Assembly (NCBI GenBank): GCA_002269645.1
Contig: NIVC01002987.1
Span: 13,686-77,685, forward strand
From: Macrostomum lignano
Taxonomy: Eukaryota
Length of the DNA: 64,000 nucleotides
Reading direction: 5' to 3'
The notes beneath the pieces are model-generated. The model was not told the DNA's origin. It saw only the letters and a list, made by a program, of their open reading frames with translations, and searched no databases. The position numbers and the translations under genes were made by a program. Below, one piece after another: positions 33,940 through 46,757 of this stretch (positions are counted from its first letter, which is position 1; each line of letters begins with the position of its first letter).

Positions 33940-36900
33940 TCAAGAAGTGTTTTCCTCGCGTTCTATAATCTCCATTAGATCGTCCCACAGTTCTTCTTCA
34001 GACGGTGCTGCTGCTACTGCTGCCGGTGGGAATGGCTCCTGTGTGAAAAAATCTTCCTCGAATGTTCGAGTTCTCCGAGCGTCCTTGCTTAGCAGCTCCG
34101 GACATTCCAATATCCCGACTGAGGAGGCGGCGCCAGCTGACATTGGCTGCACCAGAAACTGCTCTGGCTGCTGAGGATGAAGCTCGGGTTCTGCCGCAGT
34201 TGCAGCCCCACTATCAAAGATGTTGGGTCTTGAGTACACCTGCTGCTGCTGCTGATGGACCAGATTGATGGCCGGAGGTTGCACGCTTGGCCCCAGCCCA
34301 GCCTGAGGCTGGAGAACCGGCTGCCATTGGACCAGGTTGATAGCCGGGGGCTTCACGAGCTGAACAACCGGCTGCGTCTGCTGCCCAGATACGCCACTGG
34401 CGCCGGCTTGCTTGCGACGCGGTTCTGTAATTATTAATTATTTATTAATTACAGTTACAGGAGGGGGCCGTAGCCTTGTAGTATAGCGCGGCGCTCTAAT
34501 GTACCAGCGGCCCAGGCTCGATTCCAAGTTCAGTCGCATTAATTTAGGGAATCTCGGCTTGGCTCTGCTCGTGCAATTAACGCCCTTGAGGCCAACCCCC
34601 AAGGCACAGTGAAGTGTACATGCCTAACGATAAATAAAGTTAGGGCCGCTGTGGACTCCTGTGTGAGTGAGGATGGCGGAGGCCCAGTGTGAGAATGGCG
34701 GAGGCCCAGTGTGAGGATGGCGGAGGCCCAGTGTGAGGATGGCGGAGGCCCAGTGTAAGGATGGCAGAGGCCCAGTGTGAGGATGGCGGAGGCCCAGTGT
34801 AAGGATGGCAGAGGCCCAGTGTGAGGATGGCAGAGACCCAGTGTGAGGATGGCGGAGGCCCAGTGTAAGGATAGGCCCAGTGTGAGGATAGGCCCAGTGT
34901 GAGGATAGGCCCAGTGTGAGGATAGGCCCAGTGTGAGGATAGCAGAGTCTCAGTGTGAGGATGGCAGAGTCTCAGTGTGAGGATGGCGGAGGCCCAGTGT
35001 GACGATGGCGGAGGCCCAGTGTGAGGATGGCGGAGGCCCAGTGTAAGGATGGCAGAGTCTCAGTGTGAGGATGGCGGAGGCCCAGTGTGAGAATGGCGGA
35101 GGCCCAGTGTAAGGATGGCAGAGTCTCAGTGTAAGGATGGCGGAGGCCCAGTGTGAGGATGGCGGAGGCCCAGTGTGAGGATGGCGGAGGCCCAGTGTGA
35201 GGATGGCGAAAGCCCAGTGTGAGTACGGCGGAGGCTCAGTGTGAGTATGGCGGAGGCTCAGTGTGAGGATGGCGGAGGCTCAGTGTGAGGATGGCGGAGG
35301 CTCAGTGTGAGGATGGCGGAGGGCCAGTGTGAGGATGGCGGAGGCCCAGTGTGAGGATGACGGAGGCCCAGTGTGAGGATGGCGGAGGCCCAGTGTGAGG
35401 ATGACGGAGGCCCAGTGTGAGGATGACGGAGGCCCAGTGTGAGGATGGCGAAAGCCCAGTGTGAGTACGGCGGAGGCTCAGTGTGAGTATGGCGGAGGCT
35501 CAGTGTGAGGATGGCGGAGGCTCAGTGTGAGGATGGCGGAGGCTCAGTGTGAGGATGGCGGAGGGCCAGTGTGAGGATGGCGGAGGCCCAGTGTGAGGAT
35601 GACGGAGGCCCAGTGTGAGGATGGCGGAGGCCCAGTGTGAGGATGACGGAGGCCCAGTGTGAGGATGGCGGAGGCCCAGTGTGAGGATGCCGGAGGCCCA
35701 GTGTGAGGATGGCGGAGGCTCAGTGTGAGGATGGCGAAGGCCCAGTGTGAGGATGGCGCAGGCTCAGTGTGAGGATGGCGGAGGCCCAGTGTGAGGATGG
35801 CGGAGGCCCAGTGTGAGGATCTGAGAAAGTTTCCGAACAAACTGAGACATAGAGAAAGGGTTGGAATCAGGTTTCTCTTGTTTTCCTGCTAACACACGGA
35901 AGAGTTACCGCGATGCTCGAATGCAGAGGACGAGCTCGCACGGGGCAGACTGAGTTGAATTGGATTCTGCTGGCTATCGCAGCTGCCGCAGCCCCATCTG
36001 AAGCGGATTGGCTCGCTTTCTGCTGCTGGCTCACTTTGAGTTTCCATGGCAACAAAGAATCGGCAAGAGAAGCAATCCAAATTGCGGCTCTCAATGATGT
36101 CAATCAGTTCAGCCGGGATGCAACTTCCAACAGGTTCAATCTCCAGCAGGTGCTGAAATGATAAATATTGTACTCATTAACGATACGAGCTAAATAAAGC
36201 AACAGACATGCCAGACTGAAGAGAAGCTGTAAAAACTCGAACTCTCACCCCAGTGTGCCGTTTCACCGGGCAGTCAAACAGTCTGAAGTCGTCAATTTGA
36301 CAGGTGACCTTCAAATTTTTGCCGCCTAAAATATCGATTTTTATTTAATAGCGTTACTAATCTATAAAAAATTTATAGCGAAACTTTGTACTGCTCACCG
36401 CTTATCGCATCTCTCAGCAGGATGGCCAGATGGGTACTTCCAAATTTAGTACAGCAGGGCTCCGCCACAGCGGTCAGAATTTTCTCCACTGACACTCTCG
36501 GTGCTGAATTGGGGCGGGATTGGATGTGAGTGACAATGTGATTGCATGTGAGTGACAATGTGATTGCATGTGAGTGACAATGTGATTGCATGTGAGTGAC
36601 AATGTGATTGCATGTGAGTGACAATGTGATTGTATGTGAGTGACAATGTGATTGCATGTGAGTGACAATGTGATTGCATGTGAGTGACAATGTGATTGGA
36701 TGTGAGTGACAATGTGATTGGATGTGAGTGACAATGTGATTGGATGTGAGTGACAATGTGATTGCATGTGAGTGACAATGTGATTGGATGTGAGTGACAA
36801 AGTGATTGGATGTGAGTGACAAAGTGATTGGATGTGAGTGACAAAGTGATTGGATGTGAGTGACAAAGTGATTGGATGTGAGTGGCAAAGTGATTGGATG

Positions 36901-39433
36901 TGAGTGACAATGTGATTGCATGTGAGTGACAATGTGATTGCATGTGAGTGACAATGTGATTGCATGTGAGTGACAAAGTGATTGGATGTGAGTGACAAAG
37001 TGATTGGATGTGAGTGACAAAGTGATTGCATGTGAGTGACAAAGTGATTGCATGTGAGTGACAAAGTGATTGGATGAGTTACAATGATTGCATGTGAGTG
37101 ACAATGTGATTGGATGTGAGTGACAATGTGATTGGATGTGAGTGACAATGTGATTGGATGTGAGTGACAATGTGATTGGATGTGAGTGACAATGTGATTG
37201 GATGTGAGTGACAATGTGATTGGATGTGAGAGACAATGTGATTGGATGTGAGTGACAATGATTGGATGTGAGTGACAATGCTTGGATGTGAGTGACAATG
37301 CTTGGATGTGAGTGACAATGCTTGGATGTGAGTGACAATGATTGGATGTGAGTGACAATGTGATTGGATGTGAGCGAAAATGTGATTGGATGCGAGCGAT
37401 AATGGGATTGGATGCAAGTGACAATGATTGGACGAGTAAAGCGAAGTGATTAGACGAGCGACAAAGTGATTGACGAATGGCATAAAGTGATTAGACGAGT
37501 GACATAAAGTGATTAGACGAGTGACATAAAGTGATTAGATGAGTGACATAAAGTGATTAGACGAGTGACATGAAGTGATTAGACGAGTGACATGAAGTGA
37601 TTAGACGAGTGACATGAAGTGATTAGACGAGTGACATGAAGTGATTAGACGAGTGACATGAAGTGATTAGACGAGTGACAAAGTGACAGCCGCTTACAAA
37701 CGGACTGGGAGGCGGCGGCGCCGTGGGCCGGTCCGACGCCCTGGAATTCCGTTGTCGATGCCTCAGTGCGGTTATCTACCTCGGGTAGGTAGAAATTGAT
37801 TCGAAGTTTTTTTACTGTTTTTGCCGAAAAATTTACGCCGGGATCTGAAATTCAAAAATAAAAACTCGTGCTTCTTAAAACACAGGAGAAACGAGCAAAG
37901 GAAATTCACCTGACATACCTGCAATATTTATATTGAAGTTTTCAAGAGTCGCCTTTTTACTAGCCATCGCCTCTCTCCACTTACTCTGCTGACAGGACCG
38001 CACCATCACGCGATCCAGACTGCAACGGGATATGACAGTGAAAAATAAAAATGTCTGTCTGATCTAATCCTCTTAACACCAATCCAGATCCTCCTCCTCC
38101 CCACTAATCCATATCCCCCTCCCCACTAATCCAGATCCCCCTCCCCACTAATCCATATCCCCCTCCCCACCAATCCAGATCCCCTCCCCACCAATCCAGA
38201 TCCCCCTCCCCATCAATCCAGATCCCCCTCCCCATCAATCCAGACCCCCTTTCCCTCCAATCCAGACCCCCTTCCCCACCAATCCATACCCCCTTCCCCA
38301 TCAATCCAGATCCCCCTCCCCACCAATCCGGATCCTCCTCCCCACCAATCCAGATTCTCCTCCCCACCAATCCAGATCCTCCTCCCCACCAATCCAGATC
38401 CTCCTCCCCACCAATCCAGATCCCCCTCCCCACCAATCCAGATCCCCTTTCCCTCCAATCCAGATCCCCTTTCCCTCCAATCCAGATCCCCTTCCCCACC
38501 AATCCAGATCCCCCCTCCCCATCAATCCAGATCCCCGTCCTCACCAATCCAGACCCCCCTCCCCATCAATCCAGATCCCCTTCCTCACCAATCCAGATCC
38601 CTCCCCATCAATCCAGACCCCCCTCCCCATCAATCCAGATCCCCTTCCTTACCAATCCAGATCCCTCCCCATCAATCCAGATCCCCTTCCCCACCAATCC
38701 AGCTCCCCTTCCCCACCAATCCAGATCCCCCCTCCCCACCAATCCAGCTCCCCTTCCCCACCAATCCAGATCCCCTTCCCCACCAATCCAGATCCCCCTC
38801 CCCATCAATCCATATCCCCCTCCCCATCAATCCAGATTCCCTTCCCCATCAATCCAGATCCCACTCCCAACCAATCCAGATCCCCCTCCCCATTAATCCA
38901 GATCCCCTTCCCCACCAATCCAGATCCCCCTCCCCACCAATCCAGACCCCCCTCCCCATCAATCCGGATCCCCTTTCTCACCAATCCAGATCCCCCTCCC
39001 CATCAATCCAGATCCCCTTCCTCACCAATCCAGACCCCCTTTCCCTCCAATCCAGATCTCATTCCTCGACCATTTAGATGCCACAGCCAGCTTACAGCTT
39101 TTAAACAAGCCAAGTGATTCATGCTCACCGGACCAGCGCTTTCTCTTCGCCAGCAGGAATAGTAACAACCTTCTTGAATATGCCATCAGTGCAGCTGTTG
39201 CCATCCAATTGATACGGGTGATTCTCGCCATCTACACTAACCAAAACAGCTATAACTGTGCACTGAAGTAAGCTTGATGGACCTGCGACCTCGCCTAATT
39301 TTCGCCGAACAGCCAATGTCACGCACTGACCTTCCAATTGGCCTCGCAAGTACAGAGTCTCATTTAAATTTCGAGTGCGGGCATTGCCAAGTGGACAAGT
39401 GGGTGCAGGCTGCACTTCAATGCGCATATACAT
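33940..39433 (-). CDS. Highly divergent Rel-homology-domain transcription factor (Rel/NF-kB-like), ~466 aa
   Basis: Exons 39433-39129, 38019-37919, 37844-37698, 36503-36385, 36152-35909 and 34424-33940 have consistent phases (2, 1, 1, 0, 1) and total 1401 nt. Motifs: MRIEVQP, ARTRNLNE (cf. RelA MRFRYKCE), VLVSVDGENHPYQLDGNSCTDGIF (cf. [26 protein letters not shown]), FYLPE, IPT end SEPIRFRW (cf. SEPMEFQY), basic PRRK, Q/P-rich acidic tail. The exon 4 donor is weak, so that junction is uncertain. Confidence 0.75.
34463..34665 (+). mobile_element. tRNA-derived SINE, copy 1
   Basis: B-box ggctcgattcc; ~200 bp closely matching 54163-54375. Confidence 0.75.
34665..35820. repeat. Intronic minisatellite, ~22-bp unit
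   Basis: gtgtgaggatggcggaggccca repeats in Rel-like intron 5. Confidence 0.95.
36520..37680. repeat. Intronic minisatellite, ~22-bp unit
   Basis: gatgtgagtgacaatgtgattg repeats in Rel-like intron 3, grading into gacgagtgacatgaagtgatta. Confidence 0.95.
38080..39055. repeat. Intronic C-rich minisatellite, ~22-bp unit
   Basis: ccaccaatccagatccccctcc repeats in Rel-like intron 1. Confidence 0.95.
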
Positions 39434-40669
39434 TTATGTAGGTAGCATGCAGTCAATAGAAATTTTTTTTAAAGTCCATTGGTTAAAATATTATTTTCAA
39501 TGCTAAAATTGATATACATTGAATATGCCATAATGTAAAATTACTTCTATATTTATATAGCCTAGGCCTATGGTTGTCATCAATAACATTTATAATCATC
39601 TATGTGCAACCTCCTCAATTTAGTTTTAAAACGTGACTTATTTATTTGGTCTATCTGCAACTTGGTAGTTGGTTCTAATAATGGTATAGTTGTGACTTTC
39701 TTTTGCTTTCTTTCTCTTTTGTTGGTTTTACCATTTATTGTTTTATTTTCTTCCTTGCTTCTTTTTTCCTGCTTACATTGATCATTTATTGTTCTCTTTA
39801 CTTATTATTATTATTATTGTACTTATTTTTATTATTGATCTACTCTAGAAAGGGTTTCTTATACAAAAAATGATGGCATATTTACTATGACATACTTAAA
39901 ATGATTTTTAAATAAAACATTGGCATGCAGAGTTGGAATGCACAAAAAATGGCACCAAGTTCAAGTTTGGCATAAATGGATATATCTAAATTTTGATTAA
40001 GTAAAACCTTTTTATAGAGTTTTGCTGTAGCAGTGGATATGGCTATAGGAAGTTATTACAGATATGGTTATAGGAACACATATTTCCTATATCTAGTTCT
40101 TGTATTTAGTAATACCACTCAACTGAGACTTAAGACAATTGAAGCTGTTGATTTAATAGGGGTAAAGATGAATGAATGTTCAAAGTGAGGGAACTTTTAA
40201 GTCCTTGGAATTTAGGACTCAAGCATCAACATAGATTTTCAATGCCATGTCCACATTGTGGTTGAGTGATAGGGGCTAAAGTTAAGATAATTTTGTCACT
40301 TTCAAAGGCGACCTAAGACCCTACATGGATTTGGGGGCTTAAGCAATAGAGAGTTTTGATGCCATGTGCACATTCTAGTTGGGTGGTGGAGACTAAAGTT
40401 AATATAAATATTTTCAATTTCAAGGGGAACTCTTAAGTTCCTAGAATTAAAGACTAGGATTGGGTTAGGGTAGTAAGGGCTAAATTTAGGATGAATTTTT
40501 TCATTTTTAGTATGAAATGTCAATGTCAAGGCTTATGGGGGGATTGCTAAGATATAAAGGCTGAGGTCAGAAGCTACATATAGTTTATTCAAAAAAATTT
40601 TACATTCTTTGTTGGCTGGCTCCTAACAGGGAATGCTGATAAAAGAAGCAAGTCAAAAATAAAAGATAA

Positions 40670-41270
40670 GTCATGTCAAACATAAAAGAAGCATCATGTC
40701 AAACATAAATAAGCATCATGTCAAACATAAAGAAGCATCATGTCAAACATAAAGAAGCATCATGTCAAACATAAAGAAGCATCATGTCAAACATAAATAA
40801 GCATCATGTCAAACATAAAAAAGAATCATGTCAAACATAAAGAAGCATCATGTCAAACATAAATAAGCATCATGTCAAACATAAAAAAGAATCATGTCAA
40901 ACATAAAGAAGCATCATGTCAAACATAAATAAGCATCATGTCAAACATAAAGAAGCATCATGTCAAACATAAAGAAGCATCATGTCAAACATAAAGAAGC
41001 ATCATGTCAAACATAAATAAGCATCATGTCAAACATAAAGAAGCATCATGTCAAACATAAAGAAGCATCATGTCAAACATAAAGAAGCATCATGTCAAAC
41101 ATAAAGAAGCATCATGTCAAACATAAAGAAGCATCATGTCAAACATAAAGAAGCATCATGTCAAACATAAAGAAGCATCATGTCAAACATAAAGAAGCAT
41201 CATGTCAAACATAAAGAAGCATCATGTCAAACATAAAGAAGTATCATGTCAAATGTAAAGAAGCATCATG
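40670..41270. repeat. Minisatellite, 22-bp unit
   Basis: catgtcaaacataaagaagcat repeats, CpG-free, inside the AT-rich block. Confidence 0.95.
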
Positions 41271-44200
41271 AGCATGTCAAACATAAAAGATGCACCATGT
41301 AAAACTGTGACTCTTGGGGAGACTTACTAAAATGTCAAGGTTTATGGGGGAAAATTGCTAAAAAGTCAAGGCTCTAGGATAAGGGTTAAGGTTGGGGTTA
41401 GGGTTAAGATTAGGGCTAGGTTCAGCTTTTAAGGTTGGAGTTGGGACCAAGGATGATATATAACAACTGGATTATTAAACTACTCTATCTAAAAGGGTTG
41501 AATATGCCTAAACCCTTGCTTCTTCCTCATTGGCTGCTATTTTTATCTCTTTTGCTATATTGACCTAAATATAAACATATTGCCTGGTTTGAAAATTAGC
41601 TAGGACAGGAGGGCTTGTAGGCCATGGTAGGTGGATAGATAAATCTAGGATGTATTTGAAAGTTACTTATATACTTGTATTATCCTAAGTGTATATTAAA
41701 CCCCTAGCCAATGAGTATGAAAGAGAGGATTTGTAGGTCAAAAATTAAGCATGCTTTAATGCCAGTCTGACAATCCAATTGTTATATATTATCCTTGGTT
41801 ATGACTAGATTAGGGTTAAGATTAGGGTTAGGTTTAGGACTAGGATTTTAGGGTTAGATTAGTTGAAATTGCTTAGAGTTCAAGGCTCACAGGGGGATTG
41901 TTAAGATGTGAAGGCTTTAAATGCAATTTATTAAAAGATTGTATTTTATTTTTTGTTGGCTCCCCAACAAAGATGCAAATTGCTATTCTATCTGCTAAAA
42001 CTCATCAATCTTTCTATTTAATCTAATATAGTATTCATTGTTAAACTAAATATAATTTTAAAGAAAATAATTAAACATGCAAAAGTAAAAAAGTGCCTAT
42101 TATCCTCCCTATAGGAAAAATTTGTAAAACTGTGGACAGTGTCTAGTGCACTTTCAAAAATTTTCTAAAGTGCAGTGCATACACAGGTGTGCAACGCCTA
42201 CGCACGCTGCCCTTTCCTATTGGCTGCTGCTCTAGCAAATAAATATACATGGAAAAGGGTCTAATACCTTTGTGGAAGGGGCCTATACACTTGTTATTTC
42301 TCATATAATGCTTAGAGATGTTCCAAAATTTCAATTTTGATTTTCCAAAATTTGGAATTTCAATTTTGAAATAATTCGGAAGTCAAAATTTTGGAAGAGT
42401 GTAAGAGTGACTAAAAATAAACTAATTTGTGCTACATTTACATGTATTTTGTTTTGCATAAGCAGTAAATCAAGAGTAAAAAAGTGAGTTTTTGTCATAG
42501 TAAACTTTGTTTTTCTGAATTTTGATTTTGGAAAATTTTAATTATGATTTTAAAAAGTTAGTGAATTTTGATTTTGAGAAAATGATTTCTAATAATCCTA
42601 AAGCACAATAAAATAATTTGACTATTTTTCTAAAGTGCACATCTGCAAGTTTTCAACATTTATTCCAATAGGGATAATCCTTATAATTAATTTTTTTCTA
42701 TTTTTATTAAGCCCACTTATTTTTAAACTATAATTTATATAAGGGCCTAACTTAAAACTCAAGTTAAAGTCAAAATACCTGGTAGATCTAGGTCTATTAG
42801 ATATTGTCATTCCTTTCAACTTTATATTCTATTTGTTTCTTCTATTTTAATTCATTTAGCTTCCCTTTAATAGTTCTATAGATTTTGATAAAGCAGTGCT
42901 TATCTTTATAGTATCATATGAATAATTTCTATCTTATTCCTGCATTATTGTGAGAATAATTTTCTGCTTAATCTACATGGCATATGGACAAGATAGCAAT
43001 CCTATTGATCTATATAATATGCTATAAGAATAATTTCTGTCTTAGGCCTATCCATATGGCATACTAATATAATAAGATGGTTGATTTTCCTACAAATATT
43101 ATAGGGAATAATTAATGTCTTATCCTTATGGCACAATGACAAAAAAGCCTAGTCTACCTTATCTTTCTATAGATATATTATAGGCCTATAGAATAATTTA
43201 GTTTGTTACTTAGTTGTTAGGAGTTAGACCTAGGCCTATGGTCTAATTGCAATATAATAATATAACTTTGCTTGAAGATTTGTTTTATAGAAATAAAAAT
43301 TAAAAATAATAAATAATAAAGCAAAGGTATATATAGAAGATAAGACAGCTATATTGTTAGTATGTCATGTGGATAAAAAGAAAATTATTCTCAAAGTATA
43401 TATAGATCAAACAATAGGATGGGCTAGCTATCTTGCCAATGTGCCATATAGATAAGCAAAAAATTATCCCCACAGTACTATAAGAGTAAGACAAATTATT
43501 CTTATGGTACCGTGGGGATAAACACTACCTTTTGATAAATCCATGCCATTTATTAATCATTACTCAATTTAACTATCAGAATAAATAATTATGCCAATTG
43601 CTAATGTTTTAGGGCTACAGCATTTCTGTCTAAATCATTTTGAGTCATAGGGGCCAAGTCTCATGATGACATGATTGAGTTGGGAGCTTGTATCAGAAAT
43701 CAAAAACTTATTAATTTATGTTGCACTAAAGATTAAAATTTAAATTATAAACTTATTGTGTTGAGCCAGCCAAACTAGGCTAGACACATAGCATAGGCCT
43801 AGGCCTATCTGTGCCTGAGGCTGGATACCGAGTTCTGTTTTTATATCAACTGAGTCCTAAGCCACACTACAATGTTACATTGCCAACATTACTAATAATG
43901 CCCTTTACTGCCTAAGGCATGCAATGATATTGGTAATGTCCTTACAAATAAAATAATTAACGTATACAAAAAGTTATAGTAACTGAATTGTCACTAATAA
44001 TATAATAACAGTTTTAATGATATCCATAACCAATACCATCATACTATATTCTATAAGAAGATGTTTTATCACTTATATTATCAGCCCGGTCACGATCGCG
44101 GCTGAGGCAAGATCGCACTGCGAAGGAGCACACCTGCTGCTTCGTAGAAAAAAATAGATTTAAACTTTGCGATGAGTTGTCAAAATGTTTAACAAATATA

Positions 44201-44539
44201 TTTTATAAGAAAGTCTAAAAAAGCTCGAATAAATGTCGTATACACGCTTTTTATTTTTCCATTTTTGTGTTTAATTTAGAATATCTTACTAATTATACTA
44301 AACGGAAGTCGGAAGGCTACTCTCGCTTTTTATGTTACCACTGGACTGTACTATAGTACAATAATAATACATTATTGCATTATTATCTACTATAATCAAT
44401 AAATAAATTTACTTTCGGTATCTTTCTGTAAACATATGTTAAACATATCATTTTACCAAGGGCTAGGACCGCACAGCAGTATGTACTATAGCAACAACAA
44501 CAACAACAGAGAATACGCAGTTAGCGTCACAGGGCGCGC

Positions 44540-45420
44540 TTCAAGGCCAGGTCGCGAATAAACGCCACGCCGCCGGCCGAATCCGGGGCGCCGGCGTCAG
44601 CCAGCAGGCAGTCGACACGAAACGCCGAGTGCGCGCCTGCCCTGCCATAGATTGGCCCAGCAACTGGGGATCTGGGAGGCTGGTGGCCCAGCAACTGAGG
44701 ATCTGGGAGGCTGGTGGCCCAGCAACTGAGGATCTGGGGAGGCCAGGGTGGCCTGCAGCGTTAGCAGCAGCACCTCCTGCACCGGCTCTGGGCAGTACGA
44801 CTCAGCGCGGATGATGTGGCCTGCCAGCTGGATCGTCACCGACGGCGCAACAGGTCGCTTGGACGGACCAGGCCGGCGCGGCGATACAAAGCCGCGTTGC
44901 ATGTGGTCACTCGCTCGTAGACGATCTTGAAGGCGGCGCGCAGCAGGCCAGCGTGCGCCGCGTCAACTTGTTGCTCGAGTGACTCCGTCAGCGTCCAGGT
45001 CTCGGCGTTGTACAACAGGACGGTCTCGATCACCGCCTGGAACAGCGCCGCCCTCTGGCGGTCGGATAAGGCCTCGGACTGCAGGACTGCCCTCGCAGAA
45101 AGAAAGGCAGCCCAGGCAAGCCCGCAGCGACGCCGCAAATCCTCGCGGACGCCGGGAACCAGACCGCCGAGGTAGACGAACTGCTGACAACGTGGAAGCT
45201 CTGTCACCTGTCCATCAGCGCCTCGGCACAAAATCGATGTCGTCCGGCACGCAGAGCACAACAGTCCTTCTGCGTGTTGACCACCAGGCCGACACTCGCC
45301 GCAAAAGCAACTAGCTTGTCCAGTTGTCGCTGGGCGCCCTCGACAGGAGGACAGCAGGGCGAGTTCATCGGCGTAGCCAAGCACGCTGAGACGCCTCTCC
45401 GGTTGACGTCCAACCGGAGA
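44540..45420 (-). mobile_element. 5'-truncated, frameshifted RTE-clade LINE (reverse transcriptase C-terminal part)
   Basis: YADELALL (cf. YADD), QRQLDKL..SVGLVVNTQK, FVYLG, AWAAF, LFQAVIETVLLYNAETWTLT in shifting frames. Confidence 0.85.
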
Positions 45421-46757
45421 TACTACAGCAGATCTTTGCATTACATGTATAACACATTAATATACCAAAGGACCACTGTATATATCCTGGTCCTTGATTA
45501 AAACCTCATTAAAAATATTGGCTGCGCTATGCATTGCGTGATCCTCTTATTACTTTGAATAAACGGTACAAACAGCAGTACCGTATACTGAGATTTTCGA
45601 TTAAACTAAAGACATATTTGGGCTTATGAAAATTAAACTCAGTACACACAGACTCTATATAATAAAACATAAAGTGGGGTGAAAATGCAATCAATTGTTC
45701 GAATCGTATATTGCTTTCAAATTTAGAAAACGGAACCCAATGTTTAAATCCTATAAAGAGTCTGCATGGCCCATTGCCAACAACAATATGCTATAATTTC
45801 TGACTGAGAAACTCGACTGAGAGCTGGTTATGCAAAATTATGCAAGTTAATGGAACGCCTGCAGAGACACGCTTGTCTTAGAATATCTGAGAAAGATACG
45901 AGTACTAAAACTATAGACTATTGCAAAGAACAATTGATGCATTGTCATCAGAAGAGCACTTTGCTAAGATTCTTCGCCATCAGTAATAAGTAGTTTTGTA
46001 TGAGAAAACTTCGTACGCACGCACCCAAGTTCAAGCGAACTATTTGATATAACAGAGCAGCTAGGCTATGAAAAGTTTGCTCTTGCTCTCAACTAGGGGA
46101 GCGTACTTGCGAATCTCGGCGACAGGCACTTTCATGCAATGCCTCTTTGGTAACCCCCAATACGCCCTCCTCAGGGGGCCTGCTCAAGTATAGTCCGTTG
46201 GTTTCTTAGACTCAGATATTACTTACTCACCGCCCGCTATCTGCTGTGCATGGCCTGCCTAATGTACAGCGAATGAAGGTTGGTGAGAAATTCTGGATAT
46301 TTCTGTACAGCCCCAGCCTGTACTCCGGCCCTCTCTACCCCTCTGTTGTGTGGCCGGTTGCCTAGAGCAAGGGCGACCCCCCCCTCCCAACGCATTCCAT
46401 TCAAGCTCTAGCTTATTAATTGAGATGCTCCCCACAAACTCCGCTTACTCACTGCGCATCCCTACTCCTTCCTAACCATTCCTCCTTTTCTATCCCTTGT
46501 GTCAAAATCAGTTCCCTTTCCCCCATCTTCTCGATCTTGAGTCTCTCCTTCCAATTCCTCAATTATTAAGATAGAAAGCCTTTTTATATATATCAAGCAG
46601 AAGGCGACCGTGAGTGACTTTTTAATTCGTGACTGCAACCGAGATTTTATAATTTAACAGAAAGAAACGTTCGCAAAGAAACCACAACAGAAACGGACAT
46701 CAAAACTAAAAGCAATCGCGGTATCCGAATTCGCTTGCGCGTCTCAGCAGTCTCAGC

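Noticed and set aside
34463-34540. tRNA gene
   Set aside because: A/B-box-like motifs without a full cloverleaf, followed by a shared SINE body present in a second copy.
36373-38808. His/Cys-rich and Gly/Trp-rich ORFs resembling metal-binding proteins
   Set aside because: They arise in all frames from intronic minisatellites of the Rel-like gene.
41380-41860. TTAGGG-like runs as a telomere
   Set aside because: Short, degenerate and interstitial; part of eroded repeats in the AT-rich block.
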